Source: Candidatus Thorarchaeota archaeon
GTDB lineage: Archaea; Asgardarchaeota; Thorarchaeia; Thorarchaeales; Thorarchaeaceae
DNA: 64,000 nucleotides
Assembly (NCBI GenBank): GCA_020348985.1
Contig: CP070761.1
Location: 663,123-727,122 of the forward strand
Reading direction: 5' to 3'
Shown: positions 30,501 to 38,844 of the stretch, in pieces
Position numbering within the stretch: position 1 is the stretch's first letter
Layout: each line of letters starts with the position of its first letter
Position numbers and translations under genes: made by a program
Notes under the pieces: model-generated
Told to the model about the DNA's origin: nothing
Seen by the model: only the letters and a program-made list of their open reading frames with translations
Database searches by the model: none

Positions 30501-33500
30501 ATCTCCGACTACAGTATTGTTGGGTTCCCAGAGTATCGTTATCCAAAGGTACTGTTCAGTGATGTTATAGGTGTCCATGGCCTCGAATGACTTTTTGACG
30601 AAATACTGATCATCCTCCGTTTGCAGGTTCCCATCCAGATCTATCGCACCTGAGGAGGGATTGGTTTCCCAAGATTTGATATCCCACATCCCCCACTTCG
30701 GTGCGCCTATCACGATAGACCCTTGGTGGCGAACAATCGTGACTGGAAGTGGCGCATAGTCGACCTTCTTTCCGTAGCCCCATACCTTGTAGGCCTTGTG
30801 AATCAAGTCAAGACTGCCGGTAACATCGAACCATGTTGTCTGGTTGAGTGTGAAGTTGAAACTCGGAATGTTGTACAGATGTCCAATTTCCGGTTCCCAG
30901 ATGTCAACTATCTCAAGAGAGTGAGTTGCATTGACAAGGGCTAGGTAGGAGTCATGTCTAACAGGTTCCATCCAATTGTCAACCCACTGCAGCCCCTCGG
31001 CGTCCCACCACGCGAGGTTGTGATCAACTAGGGGCCACCAGGTTCCGTTGAACAAGTATTTCGCCGGGAAGGACGTGCCGTTGAAGTCGTCTGCAGGGAC
31101 CACTTCTGCTGTGAAGTCCATCCATTCATCCCATGTCACTCTGGACCCATTGAAGTCGTACATGTAATAGTATGAGACGTTGAGGAACGAGTCACCATCA
31201 GGAGTAAGTGTTTCATTTCCGAATGTTTGTACCCATGGATCACCTGAATAGAAGAAAGTGCCATTACTCAAGGTGATGTTGTAGAAGTAAACTCGGTCTT
31301 GCCATGTGTGGTTCAGCTTCTGACCGGACTCCGTTATGACGTACTCATAGCCAAGGTCATCGTTGAATATCCGTTTGGTTCCTTGATCTATGTAGTCTCC
31401 CGACAACAGATTTATCCAGCCCTCAACAATGAACTCCCAGGTCTGTAGGTCTCTTTGACCATACGCTACAGTCCAGTCATGGTGTATCAAGTCAGGTATC
31501 CGAATGCTACCGTTGGCAATCGACACCCATGGAAAATCTCGTGGATCATCAAGGTTGGGATTCCAGGGTTCCATTGGATTACTGCCATGCCATGTTAGGT
31601 TGTACAGCGTTCCACTCACGTTTGCTACATAGAATGGATATGTGTATGGAATGGGAACTTCCGGAGTAGGAATAGCTAGGAAATCACCCATGTAAATCGG
31701 TCGATGCCAACCGCCCTCGATATAGACGTGCAGAACCCGCTCAGTTACATAGTTCAACTCCCAAATTGAACCAACTGGTGGCGCTCCTGGGAACGGGAGT
31801 TGCTCTTCATACCCTGCCATGTCTGTGAAGGCAAGGAATCTTGTCTCTGGCTCCGCCACGAAATAGTACTTGCCCAGATGCTCTACTCGGAAAGCCCTGT
31901 GAGGCCAGATACCGTCATAGAACCAATACATCAGTCCATCAGTTTGGTTAAAGTAAGCATAGTAGAACATCCCATTCTTTGGATGCATTATTTCATAAGC
32001 ACGGTATTCTTCCCAGCTGCCATTCTCAAAGAAGACATAGTGATCGCCCTTCCAGATTGGCTCAGTAGCCATGAAGACAGGATAGGTTCCATTTACAAGA
32101 GCAACTAGTCCAACCTCGGTCGCAATCTTCGACAGAACAGGTGGACCTACAATGAAACTGCCAGCTGGTTGGTAGACCACCGTTCCATTAATCGCAATCA
32201 TATACTCAATGCTCAGCGGCTCCATCCAGTGTGCATAGTACGGAAAGTCGTTGAATGAAAGGAACCACCTCGTATCAGGCAATGAGATGTTGAACACGGT
32301 TGCATACTTGCCACCCTTGATTGGAATTCTCGTTCCATTCAGCAACTCATAGTAGTAGGACCAGTATCCGGAATAGTCACCGGTTTCAGGATTATAGGCA
32401 GTGGAATTCCATTCCTCAAACACAACACGCTCTTCCGAGAACCCGGTCTCATCTGTCACAACAATCGTTCTAACAAACTCTGTCTGATTGTCAACGAAGA
32501 TGTACGGGCTGGCTTCCACTGGATAGACTTCATCATAAGCAAGCGTGTCATTGTTTCTCATCGAGAGAGATTTGTAAGGTGCCTCAGTATAGACGCGCTC
32601 TGTACTGTTCATATAGCTGTATACCGGTTCTTGGACCCAACCAAGCACCATATGTTCGCCCCAACCGGCTTCATAGTCAGTGACTACAGTAAGATTCCCG
32701 TAGATGTAGTACCATTCCCACTCCAATTCAGGCATTTCGGCTGAAGGAGTCACATCAAATAGTACTCTGAGATCATTTCCGAGGACTTCATAGGAGGGGT
32801 TTCCGACATCTACATAGTTCACTGACATTACTGTTTCTTTGCTATGGTACGGAATCCATTCATCAGACCAATCATTCTTAGTGAAGTCCCAGAATTGCTC
32901 TTTCCAGTAATCGCTCTCGACCCAGACTTGCCTCCATTCCCAATGGTTAGGGAAGACCTCGATATACTGCTCTTCCCAGTGACCGCCAAATCCCCAGGAA
33001 GTACGTCTAGTCATATTGTATACCGAAACATCTGTTGTCCCATCTGGAGCAACGCCGACTATCATCTCTACTTCAGTGTCTTGAGACCATTCATAGCCTG
33101 CTTCGAATCCCCACTTGTGGTCAAAAGAGTAAAGGACAAGAGCGACTCCATCAATATCGTCTGCATAATCAGCGCCTCCTTGGAGCCTTGATTTGACAGT
33201 GAAAGTCTCCTGCTTATCGACGACAAACATCCATGATGGTTCGAAAGGTTGACCTTTCTTCAACAATTGCACAATCGAAATCGGGGTCTCAATCGAAAGC
33301 TGATGAAGAGCTTCATACTCAACCTGTTCGGTGCTCTCTGACGTAGGGAGATATGATGAAGGAGTTAGTCTCTTGCCATCAGTGGAATAGACCAATTCTT
33401 GAACTCTTCTGGGCGCGCCAAACTCTACGCCTGTCGGAACCATTACATCGCTTATGTGTCCCCTGAAATTCACAATGTGAGAATTCCCGACGAGTCGGTA

Positions 33501-34916
33501 TTCACTTCCCGTTGTGTTCAATGTGTATGGCATCGGGATTGACCCGTCTTGTGGCCATGGATAAAACTCGAAACGTTCTCGTTCTTCCCAGTCACCCCAT
33601 TCGGGTATCCATTCAAACTCAGGGAACCCGTAGGCCAAACGAATGCCAAAAGAGTTGTTTGCAAACCAGTATACTACTGCCATCTTGCCCCATGTGAAGC
33701 CTCGTTCCATCTTGGCGTCGCGGGGGTTCCAGTAGTCAAACTCAAAGCCCAAGTCCAGCCACACTAGTTCAGTTTCCCAATGCAGACCATACTTTGTTAT
33801 TGTGTGATTTATCTTGATGCTGGCATTCCAGATGTAGATGCCCGAGCTTCTGTCAAAGACCCACCCACCGGTGTAGTTTGTGGTTTCTGAATAAGGTCCA
33901 TCAACATACCGGCTCTTGCGGATTCTTTCAGGCAAATCTATCAGGACAGAAACATTGTCGAGACTAGGCCCGATCACAGAGGCAGTCATATTGAAGTCAA
34001 CTCCGCGTGTTGCAGAATAGATAAGATTGCCGTCATCGTCAACACGAGTCCAATCATAATAGCCGCCTGTGGCGATAGCCATTACCTCGTCAAATGTTAT
34101 TCCGACAGCCCTGACCGACAATTCATCATCCATACTTTGTGCCAAAGGTTCAAGCTCATTGTCCATTGCCACTGCATGGAATCCATACACGCCAGGCAGG
34201 GAGGAAGAGTTGAACCTCAAAGTAAACTCCACCCAGATGTTTTCTGGACCTATGACCACATTGCTGGCGTTGGCATCAATTTCAAGGAAAGGATTCAGTG
34301 GTGGACCAAAAATGTCCTCTAGACTCCAATCCGCAGGTAATTCCTCTGGAGGACCTGCCTCTGGACCCATGAATGTGGCATTGTAGCTCGAATAGACATG
34401 CCAGGTCTGATTCTGAACCTCATAAAGAGCAATAAGACCAATCTGTGTTTCTGGTTCAGGGCCAGGCCTTACGAGTGTGGAGATATTGACAAATTGTCCA
34501 GCAAACGCGACAGCATAGGGAAGTGATCCGCTTAGCGCGCTCTTAGGAATCTTCAATCTATAATCTGCCCAGCCGTCTATCTCAATTGTGTCGTCAATGA
34601 GGATTGGATCCTTTGTGGTGGAGTTTCTAACTTTCCATGTAATGCTTGGTCCAAACATCCATTCGCTCCAGTCTACTGATTCATTAAACGCTTCGTTCCT
34701 ATATCCTTGTTCCCATTGAACATGCGTATAGTTCTCAGGGTAATCAGCAGGAACCTGAATCCTCTCAAACTGCTGCTCCCAGCCAATCCTCGATTGAGAG
34801 GCATCCATGGCCCCATCCTGTGTTCGGGGGATAACTGGCATCATCCACAGGGATACAACAAATAGTGTAAGCATAGATAACGGAAGTAGCCTATTCGCCA
34901 ATCTCACGGTTCTCAT
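27591..34916 (-). CDS. Giant secreted, C-terminally anchored surface glycoprotein B (paralog of A)
   Basis: Signal peptide; shares motifs with A (RLQGG..ADDID, WGMW, GA.DLDG, PRPGYWDIAWM, SELTHY, FDERP, DPVFV); five Ig-like repeats; Thr linker; GGP plus TM plus RRRR. Confidence 0.8.
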   Translation of the reverse strand: MRTVRLANRLLPLSMLTLFVVSLWMMPVIPRTQDGAMDASQSRIGWEQQFERIQVPADYPENYTHVQWEQGYRNEAFNESVDWSEWMFGPSITWKVRNSTTKDPILIDDTIEIDGWADYRLKIPKSALSGSLPYAVAFAGQFVNISTLVRPGPEPETQIGLIALYEVQNQTWHVYSSYNATFMGPEAGPPEELPADWSLEDIFGPPLNPFLEIDANASNVVIGPENIWVEFTLRFNSSSLPGVYGFHAVAMDNELEPLAQSMDDELSVRAVGITFDEVMAIATGGYYDWTRVDDDGNLIYSATRGVDFNMTASVIGPSLDNVSVLIDLPERIRKSRYVDGPYSETTNYTGGWVFDRSSGIYIWNASIKINHTITKYGLHWETELVWLDLGFEFDYWNPRDAKMERGFTWGKMAVVYWFANNSFGIRLAYGFPEFEWIPEWGDWEERERFEFYPWPQDGSIPMPYTLNTTGSEYRLVGNSHIVNFRGHISDVMVPTGVEFGAPRRVQELVYSTDGKRLTPSSYLPTSESTEQVEYEALHQLSIETPISIVQLLKKGQPFEPSWMFVVDKQETFTVKSRLQGGADYADDIDGVALVLYSFDHKWGFEAGYEWSQDTEVEMIVGVAPDGTTDVSVYNMTRRTSWGFGGHWEEQYIEVFPNHWEWRQVWVESDYWKEQFWDFTKNDWSDEWIPYHSKETVMSVNYVDVGNPSYEVLGNDLRVLFDVTPSAEMPELEWEWYYIYGNLTVVTDYEAGWGEHMVLGWVQEPVYSYMNSTERVYTEAPYKSLSMRNNDTLAYDEVYPVEASPYIFVDNQTEFVRTIVVTDETGFSEERVVFEEWNSTAYNPETGDYSGYWSYYYELLNGTRIPIKGGKYATVFNISLPDTRWFLSFNDFPYYAHWMEPLSIEYMIAINGTVVYQPAGSFIVGPPVLSKIATEVGLVALVNGTYPVFMATEPIWKGDHYVFFENGSWEEYRAYEIMHPKNGMFYYAYFNQTDGLMYWFYDGIWPHRAFRVEHLGKYYFVAEPETRFLAFTDMAGYEEQLPFPGAPPVGSIWELNYVTERVLHVYIEGGWHRPIYMGDFLAIPTPEVPIPYTYPFYVANVSGTLYNLTWHGSNPMEPWNPNLDDPRDFPWVSIANGSIRIPDLIHHDWTVAYGQRDLQTWEFIVEGWINLLSGDYIDQGTKRIFNDDLGYEYVITESGQKLNHTWQDRVYFYNITLSNGTFFYSGDPWVQTFGNETLTPDGDSFLNVSYYYMYDFNGSRVTWDEWMDFTAEVVPADDFNGTSFPAKYLFNGTWWPLVDHNLAWWDAEGLQWVDNWMEPVRHDSYLALVNATHSLEIVDIWEPEIGHLYNIPSFNFTLNQTTWFDVTGSLDLIHKAYKVWGYGKKVDYAPLPVTIVRHQGSIVIGAPKWGMWDIKSWETNPSSGAIDLDGNLQTEDDQYFVKKSFEAMDTYNITEQYLWITILWEPNNTVVGDEFFVESYTGLYTVNWTSDWSDNFYWFDAETGDPVSPSQWAAINSTLFDQEGRPRPGYWDIAWMAENFTKTDLKQMATDEGWDWAVEDSQEWSWIWWELYEHYGTEYINNTETEYVSVDVWHEFAGMLAWNDTNSNNVMDVDPSNLDDSELTHYWMPIGVDGVTFTTPNGSAIGNDFYSVNASIPFGVAFENVSGAVFPFGDYSYWDWYQGQYYGSDFSTFDERPSGATTDSFEIGVEFEGNITNASNNKGEVKFNLTVGEWDVDAPGGRSVLAGRSLGVAFYSHVTMRDENGTLLTTQYVDDLGQKLTNNATASSQKYNVSMGAAEVASMNLGGQPYTWSKIPSANYTVVDAQTVPVRAFEAAYRSDAGGSATSFKVMSAHFYTIINFRWWGGYEISVDPVFVGYSSSQGISDTLKPSLDSLDTEVKYVNSKEQLHFEVAASDIGGSGVAEVRVMDDSDKSNTSLTYNGDTELWTGYVQMVGSTHYIFNYTVVVLDYAGNENSTALLSHDFWNDPFDPELSSLGISSGDSLQSYVTISVVATDIGPSDIDYVDIYLVNTDETRPMTFNSGNGKWEVNVSRTSGAEYDLQYILIAYDNAGNFVQSSTQTYHFNDIIEPNIASVTGTMLNISGIETLLVEASVSDSGGSGLSTVQLTWTNGSDPNVVDMTYNPSTFMWEYEIPNHNPGIWIFYTVTATDGQGNSKTSVQDSYMFTTEGDSAPGIGLFSVDPTQPTSSDAVTISVTVVDDYSVKNVTLYYRVDGGSWNGLVMSAAGDTYSAIIPAQPDGSFVEYYIVAYDNLDQMSQTSTASYSVNDGDLVAPQIQTVSIDLPSPTSADAVTITAMVVDDVGIANVTLYYQVDGGEWITILMTADGDEYSAVIPPQADGSIVTYFVRAYDTAGNSADSAQQQYLVADETTTTTTTTTETTTTTTGPTEPLPEGGPLSTTIIATFVGMLLLVVILGGLRRRRQ
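27706..29264 (-). repeat. Five tandem ~95-aa Ig-like repeats plus a poly-Thr linker
   Basis: Repeats follow D..P....V.I.....D...V..V.L......M......Y...IP......Y...A.D..GN; linker TTTTTTTTTETTTTTT. Confidence 0.8.
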
Positions 34917-35000
34917 TCCTCTCTGTACATAACAGGCGACACAGACTGGCCCAAATTGAACAACCAACGGACAGACTGTCCTAGGTCGCCGGCGCACTAG

Positions 35001-35032
35001 ATACTGACTAATTGCAGAAATATAAGGATACG
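35001..35032 (-). promoter_or_regulatory. Putative TATA promoter of surface protein B
   Basis: CTTATATT followed by CAGTAT at near-identical spacing to the promoter of A. Confidence 0.5.
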
Positions 35033-35080
35033 GTGAATGAACGAGAAGACGACCTATTACAAGTAATTCAGAGCTTCTCC

Positions 35081-35117
35081 AAAAAACGAGACAAGAATCC
35101 CGGCTATGAGACCGGGA
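35081..35117 (-). terminator. Hairpin plus T-tract after the SpoIIM-domain gene
   Basis: TCCCGG-CTATGAGA-CCGGGA; TTTTTT downstream on the minus strand. Confidence 0.5.
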
Positions 35118-35132
35118 CTCAGGTCATTTGTG

Positions 35133-38030
35133 TTATGGGAATGGCGGAATGGGTCCACCGAACATGAACCATACTATGGGTGTGATGTATGCCTCGATTA
35201 GAGCTGACACAAGAAGGAAGAAGACTATGAGGGCAAATGCTCTCCACGTCCTTTCGTCACCTAGGAGTGTCCTCGTCTTGGCAGGAATGGCATCCCAGCT
35301 CTCAGTGCGGACATCCGGAGCCAAGTTCCTCGCAATTCTGAGCGATACCGAGGCAGCTATCAAAAAGGCAGGAATCTCCACGATGGCATGGGGCAGGATA
35401 CTCGACAGGAACGTCATGATGTTCGCACCTGACATGTAGTATATCACGCTAATTCCACCGATGAACAGTGCAGTTGAAAGCACCTCAGCTATTGCGATCG
35501 CCATTAGGCTAAACCTAACATAAGCTAGAAGAAAGTCCTCCTTTCTTGCTTCTGCTGAGCCAAAAGCCTTTGATAGACCTGCAATTATGAATGGCAGAAC
35601 AACAAGTGCTATGATGGTAAACTGGTCGTCATATGCGAAGTATTCCATTGCAAAGAAGGTCAAAACGAGCGGGAACCAAAGTCCGCCAACACCATTTCCT
35701 GAGACCCATCGGTACACAGCCATGAGAATGCAGGCTGCAAAGAAAATCCCAAAGAGCACCATTGCACGATATCCTAGTTCCGCAGAAAACGTCCAAGGAT
35801 TGAACCATGGATTAGTACTCGGAACGAAGACTCCTGCCCACATGTCCAAATAGGTCCAGGCGAAGGACATTGCAATCAGGATTACGACTATTCCGAGAGA
35901 TGCAGAACCAAGTCTGCGGTCCGACTGGCTCTTCTCCTTGTCAGCACCATACCACAACAGTGCGGACCAAAATAGGGGTCCGAAGAACATCATCACGAAT
36001 GTTCTTACGATGTTGTGCTCTGCAAGTATCAAGAAACTAGTGGCAAGCTCAGTTTCTACAAAGAATCGCAGAACTTGTTCCAATCCATTTGGATCGCCAA
36101 TCTCAGCCAATAGAGTCCAAATAATCGCTTCAATGTCGAGCTGCGGAAATGCTGTGAATATTATGAGAACAGCCACAACGGATCCTACCAGCCCCATGAG
36201 AAACATGAGCAGCGCGTCTCCAAAGTCGCCCGCCTTAAGATTGAGTCCAAACTCTTCCTCAACTGACACCACAGTTGCAGGGGGTTCAGGTACATCAGGG
36301 ACAATCAGCTCTTCTGGAGCTTCGACAAGCACGTCTTCATCAAACTCGTAGTCCACTTCAGAAGGAATCTCAATTGGTGGAGGTGCCGGTATTTCGGGCG
36401 CCTCAATCATCATTTTTGACTCCTTTCTTCTGAAATCGAGGTAGTACATTACAAAGAGCGCCGTGAATATGTAAACAGGCATGTTGACAATGAACTGGGC
36501 GGCGAGTCGAGCCAAGTACTCACCTGGCGGAGGTATGCTTATGATAGTCCTTAGACTATAAAATAGAATCCCATCTACAGTTCCGGGCGTAGGAGCAGTG
36601 TTAACGATATAATCCATACCAGGCAAGAGGATCCAAGTTGCCACTGACACAGTAAGACCGGCGAAGAATGCGAACCCCTCAACACTCCCTTTTGCCTGAA
36701 TGCGAGCAAGATGGCCAAGGACTCCTGTCAGAATCATGGTTCCAAATGGGATCAGCAGCATCATCAGTGTCCATACTTTGGCAGTGAACATGGATTCTGA
36801 ATTGATGGCTGGATTCAACAAGTCCGTTATGACATCGATGGCGACTTGTCCAGGATATATGTCTAGTCGGAATGCATTGACCCAAGCATAGTGAAGTGTC
36901 ACTCCCATAACTGCACCAACAAAAGCTGCAGTCGCAACAGCTCCAACGGAGACAGAAGCCACAAAGCTTCTAACTGCTGCAACCCAGCTTGTTGTCGAAA
37001 TCTTCTGTCTTGCTCTCCTTAGCGCATCGAATGTCCTCTTGTAGAGAACTACAGCGAAGTCCTCCGTTAGGGGAAGAATGAGAATGGCCATCACAATTGG
37101 CCAAAATGCGAAGTAGAGACCTCGAGTGTAGTAGACCAATATGTCTGGATATGCAGGATGCCAGAATTCCCAGAAACCAAAGTCACGTATTAGGAAGATT
37201 ACAGTCAGAATCAAGTTCAGTCTGAAGAACCACCCGAGAACACCCCTCATCATCTCGCTTCCAAGATCTCTATCGCCAAGTTTGAGCCCAGCTCCCTTTG
37301 CGATTCGGTTCGAGGAAGCATATCCAAATCTGTAGATCCAGGTCAGGAAGATGAGGACAGTGTTTATGTAGGCATTAAGAGACCACAAGCCCGAACCAGT
37401 TCGGTAAAGCCCAGCCTCCAGGTATACACCGATTGATGGAAGGAGTGTGGCAAGTCCTATTATGAGGTAGTCTTTCCAAGCCCCTGTCCTTTGCCTGACA
37501 TCAATGTTGTCCAACGGATTCATATCGACGCCCTCGAATGTGATGTGATCGAGCCGGTCGCCAAAACTAGCGTATCCGTCGGTTTCAGGCTCACGCCTTG
37601 TTATAGATCTAATCAGATTACTGAACCGCACTTTCAACGGGTCCTGCAGGCGTAGCTTGATTGCTAAGACTCCCATTCCGAAAAACACGGCAATCAGCGA
37701 CACCATTACCCAAGTGAGAAAGTCCTGCAACGCGCTAACAAATTGAAACATGAACTCAGTCATAACCACGCCAAAGAACGAATTGGAGTTTAGCGTAGGG
37801 TCGAACGAGGAGTCAACATTATCAAATCCGTCCCAAATTGCGAAGAAGCTAAATGAGACGAGTCGAATGAACATTAACGCGATGAAGGCCTCAACGAATT
37901 TGTTCCGACGTTTCCCGAAGAATATCAGATACACGATCGTGACAACAAGTGGTGGAATCAGTTGGAAAAGCACTGTCATCGGTGTTATGACTACCATCTG
38001 GATGAACTCCTTTCTTCGACTTAGATTCAT
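35133..38030 (-). CDS. Large polytopic membrane protein with a C-terminal SpoIIM (stage II sporulation protein M)-like domain
   Basis: About 20 hydrophobic segments; C-terminal ILPHAIVEIPAFLIAA...LLVSALIEAYITP SpoIIM signature; Pro/Glu-rich central linker. Confidence 0.75.
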   Translation of the reverse strand: MNLSRRKEFIQMVVITPMTVLFQLIPPLVVTIVYLIFFGKRRNKFVEAFIALMFIRLVSFSFFAIWDGFDNVDSSFDPTLNSNSFFGVVMTEFMFQFVSALQDFLTWVMVSLIAVFFGMGVLAIKLRLQDPLKVRFSNLIRSITRREPETDGYASFGDRLDHITFEGVDMNPLDNIDVRQRTGAWKDYLIIGLATLLPSIGVYLEAGLYRTGSGLWSLNAYINTVLIFLTWIYRFGYASSNRIAKGAGLKLGDRDLGSEMMRGVLGWFFRLNLILTVIFLIRDFGFWEFWHPAYPDILVYYTRGLYFAFWPIVMAILILPLTEDFAVVLYKRTFDALRRARQKISTTSWVAAVRSFVASVSVGAVATAAFVGAVMGVTLHYAWVNAFRLDIYPGQVAIDVITDLLNPAINSESMFTAKVWTLMMLLIPFGTMILTGVLGHLARIQAKGSVEGFAFFAGLTVSVATWILLPGMDYIVNTAPTPGTVDGILFYSLRTIISIPPPGEYLARLAAQFIVNMPVYIFTALFVMYYLDFRRKESKMMIEAPEIPAPPPIEIPSEVDYEFDEDVLVEAPEELIVPDVPEPPATVVSVEEEFGLNLKAGDFGDALLMFLMGLVGSVVAVLIIFTAFPQLDIEAIIWTLLAEIGDPNGLEQVLRFFVETELATSFLILAEHNIVRTFVMMFFGPLFWSALLWYGADKEKSQSDRRLGSASLGIVVILIAMSFAWTYLDMWAGVFVPSTNPWFNPWTFSAELGYRAMVLFGIFFAACILMAVYRWVSGNGVGGLWFPLVLTFFAMEYFAYDDQFTIIALVVLPFIIAGLSKAFGSAEARKEDFLLAYVRFSLMAIAIAEVLSTALFIGGISVIYYMSGANIMTFLSSILPHAIVEIPAFLIAASVSLRIARNLAPDVRTESWDAIPAKTRTLLGDERTWRAFALIVFFLLVSALIEAYITPIVWFMFGGPIPPFP

Positions 38031-38107
38031 GCTAGAGTTTCCATTAGTAAAAAAGGTTCGCGGGACATCCTACTTCAGGAAGAGTCAGCGTCCACACCGA
38101 AACCTAA

Positions 38108-38121
38108 TTAACAAATGTTAA
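38108..38121. promoter_or_regulatory. Palindrome upstream of ferritin
   Basis: TTAACA-AA-TGTTAA about 45 bp before the ferritin start. Confidence 0.4.
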
Positions 38122-38165
38122 CAGTCTCAGAATCAAAGCCCGACGATTTCGTATGAGGGTACGCG

Positions 38166-38693
38166 ATGGAGATTAGCAAAGAATTAGTCGAAGCGATGAA
38201 CGACCAGCTAAACTTTGAGCTTTACAGCGCGTTCATCTACCTATCAATGGCCACATACTTTGAGAGCATAAGCCTTGCTGGAATGGCTCATTGGATGGAG
38301 GTCCAATATCAGGAAGAGTTCGCTCATGCAATTAGATTCTACAGACACATTGTTGAGCGTGGTGGTAGGGTGTTGATGGCCCCAATACAGGGACCAAAGA
38401 CCGAGTGGTCTTCTCCTCTTGAGGCATGGGAGGACGCTTACAATCACGAACTCATCGTGACAGACAGAATCTACAAGATTGGCGACATGGCAGAAAAGGA
38501 GAGAGACAGAGCTGCAGTCGCATTCTTGAAGTGGTTCTACGATGAGCAGGTAGAAGAAGAGAAACAGACTATGGAGGTCAGAGATCTTCTGAAGCTTATT
38601 GGTGATTCAACAGATGCCCTGTTGAGGCTTGATGATAAGTTAGGCGCAAGACTCCCAGCGGCTCCACCTCCGGCAGAGTCCATTTCGCCGTAA
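38166..38693 (+). CDS. ftnA: Non-heme ferritin
   Basis: QLNFELYSAFIYLSM, EEFAHA, HE, FLKWFYDEQVEEE ferroxidase ligands. Confidence 0.93.
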   Translation: MEISKELVEAMNDQLNFELYSAFIYLSMATYFESISLAGMAHWMEVQYQEEFAHAIRFYRHIVERGGRVLMAPIQGPKTEWSSPLEAWEDAYNHELIVTDRIYKIGDMAEKERDRAAVAFLKWFYDEQVEEEKQTMEVRDLLKLIGDSTDALLRLDDKLGARLPAAPPPAESISP

Positions 38694-38844
38694 TAGGCTG
38701 ACAACACAAGAAGCCCCAAGCCCTAGGCCTTGGGGTAGACCATCTATTTGTCCTGATGTGCAAGGTCAGCTTCTTCTCCGTCTGGCTCGAGCAGCATAGT
38801 ACTTATGGAGGTCTTGCACCGATTATCGACGGTGTGAGGCTATT

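Noticed and set aside
21436-38030. A single operon covering the SpoIIM-like gene and both giant genes
   Set aside because: Gaps of 200-300 bp contain separate hairpin terminators and TATA-like boxes, so separate transcription units are more likely.
38089-38107. DtxR/IdeR box upstream of ferritin
   Set aside because: Only one half-site (AACCTAA) matches.
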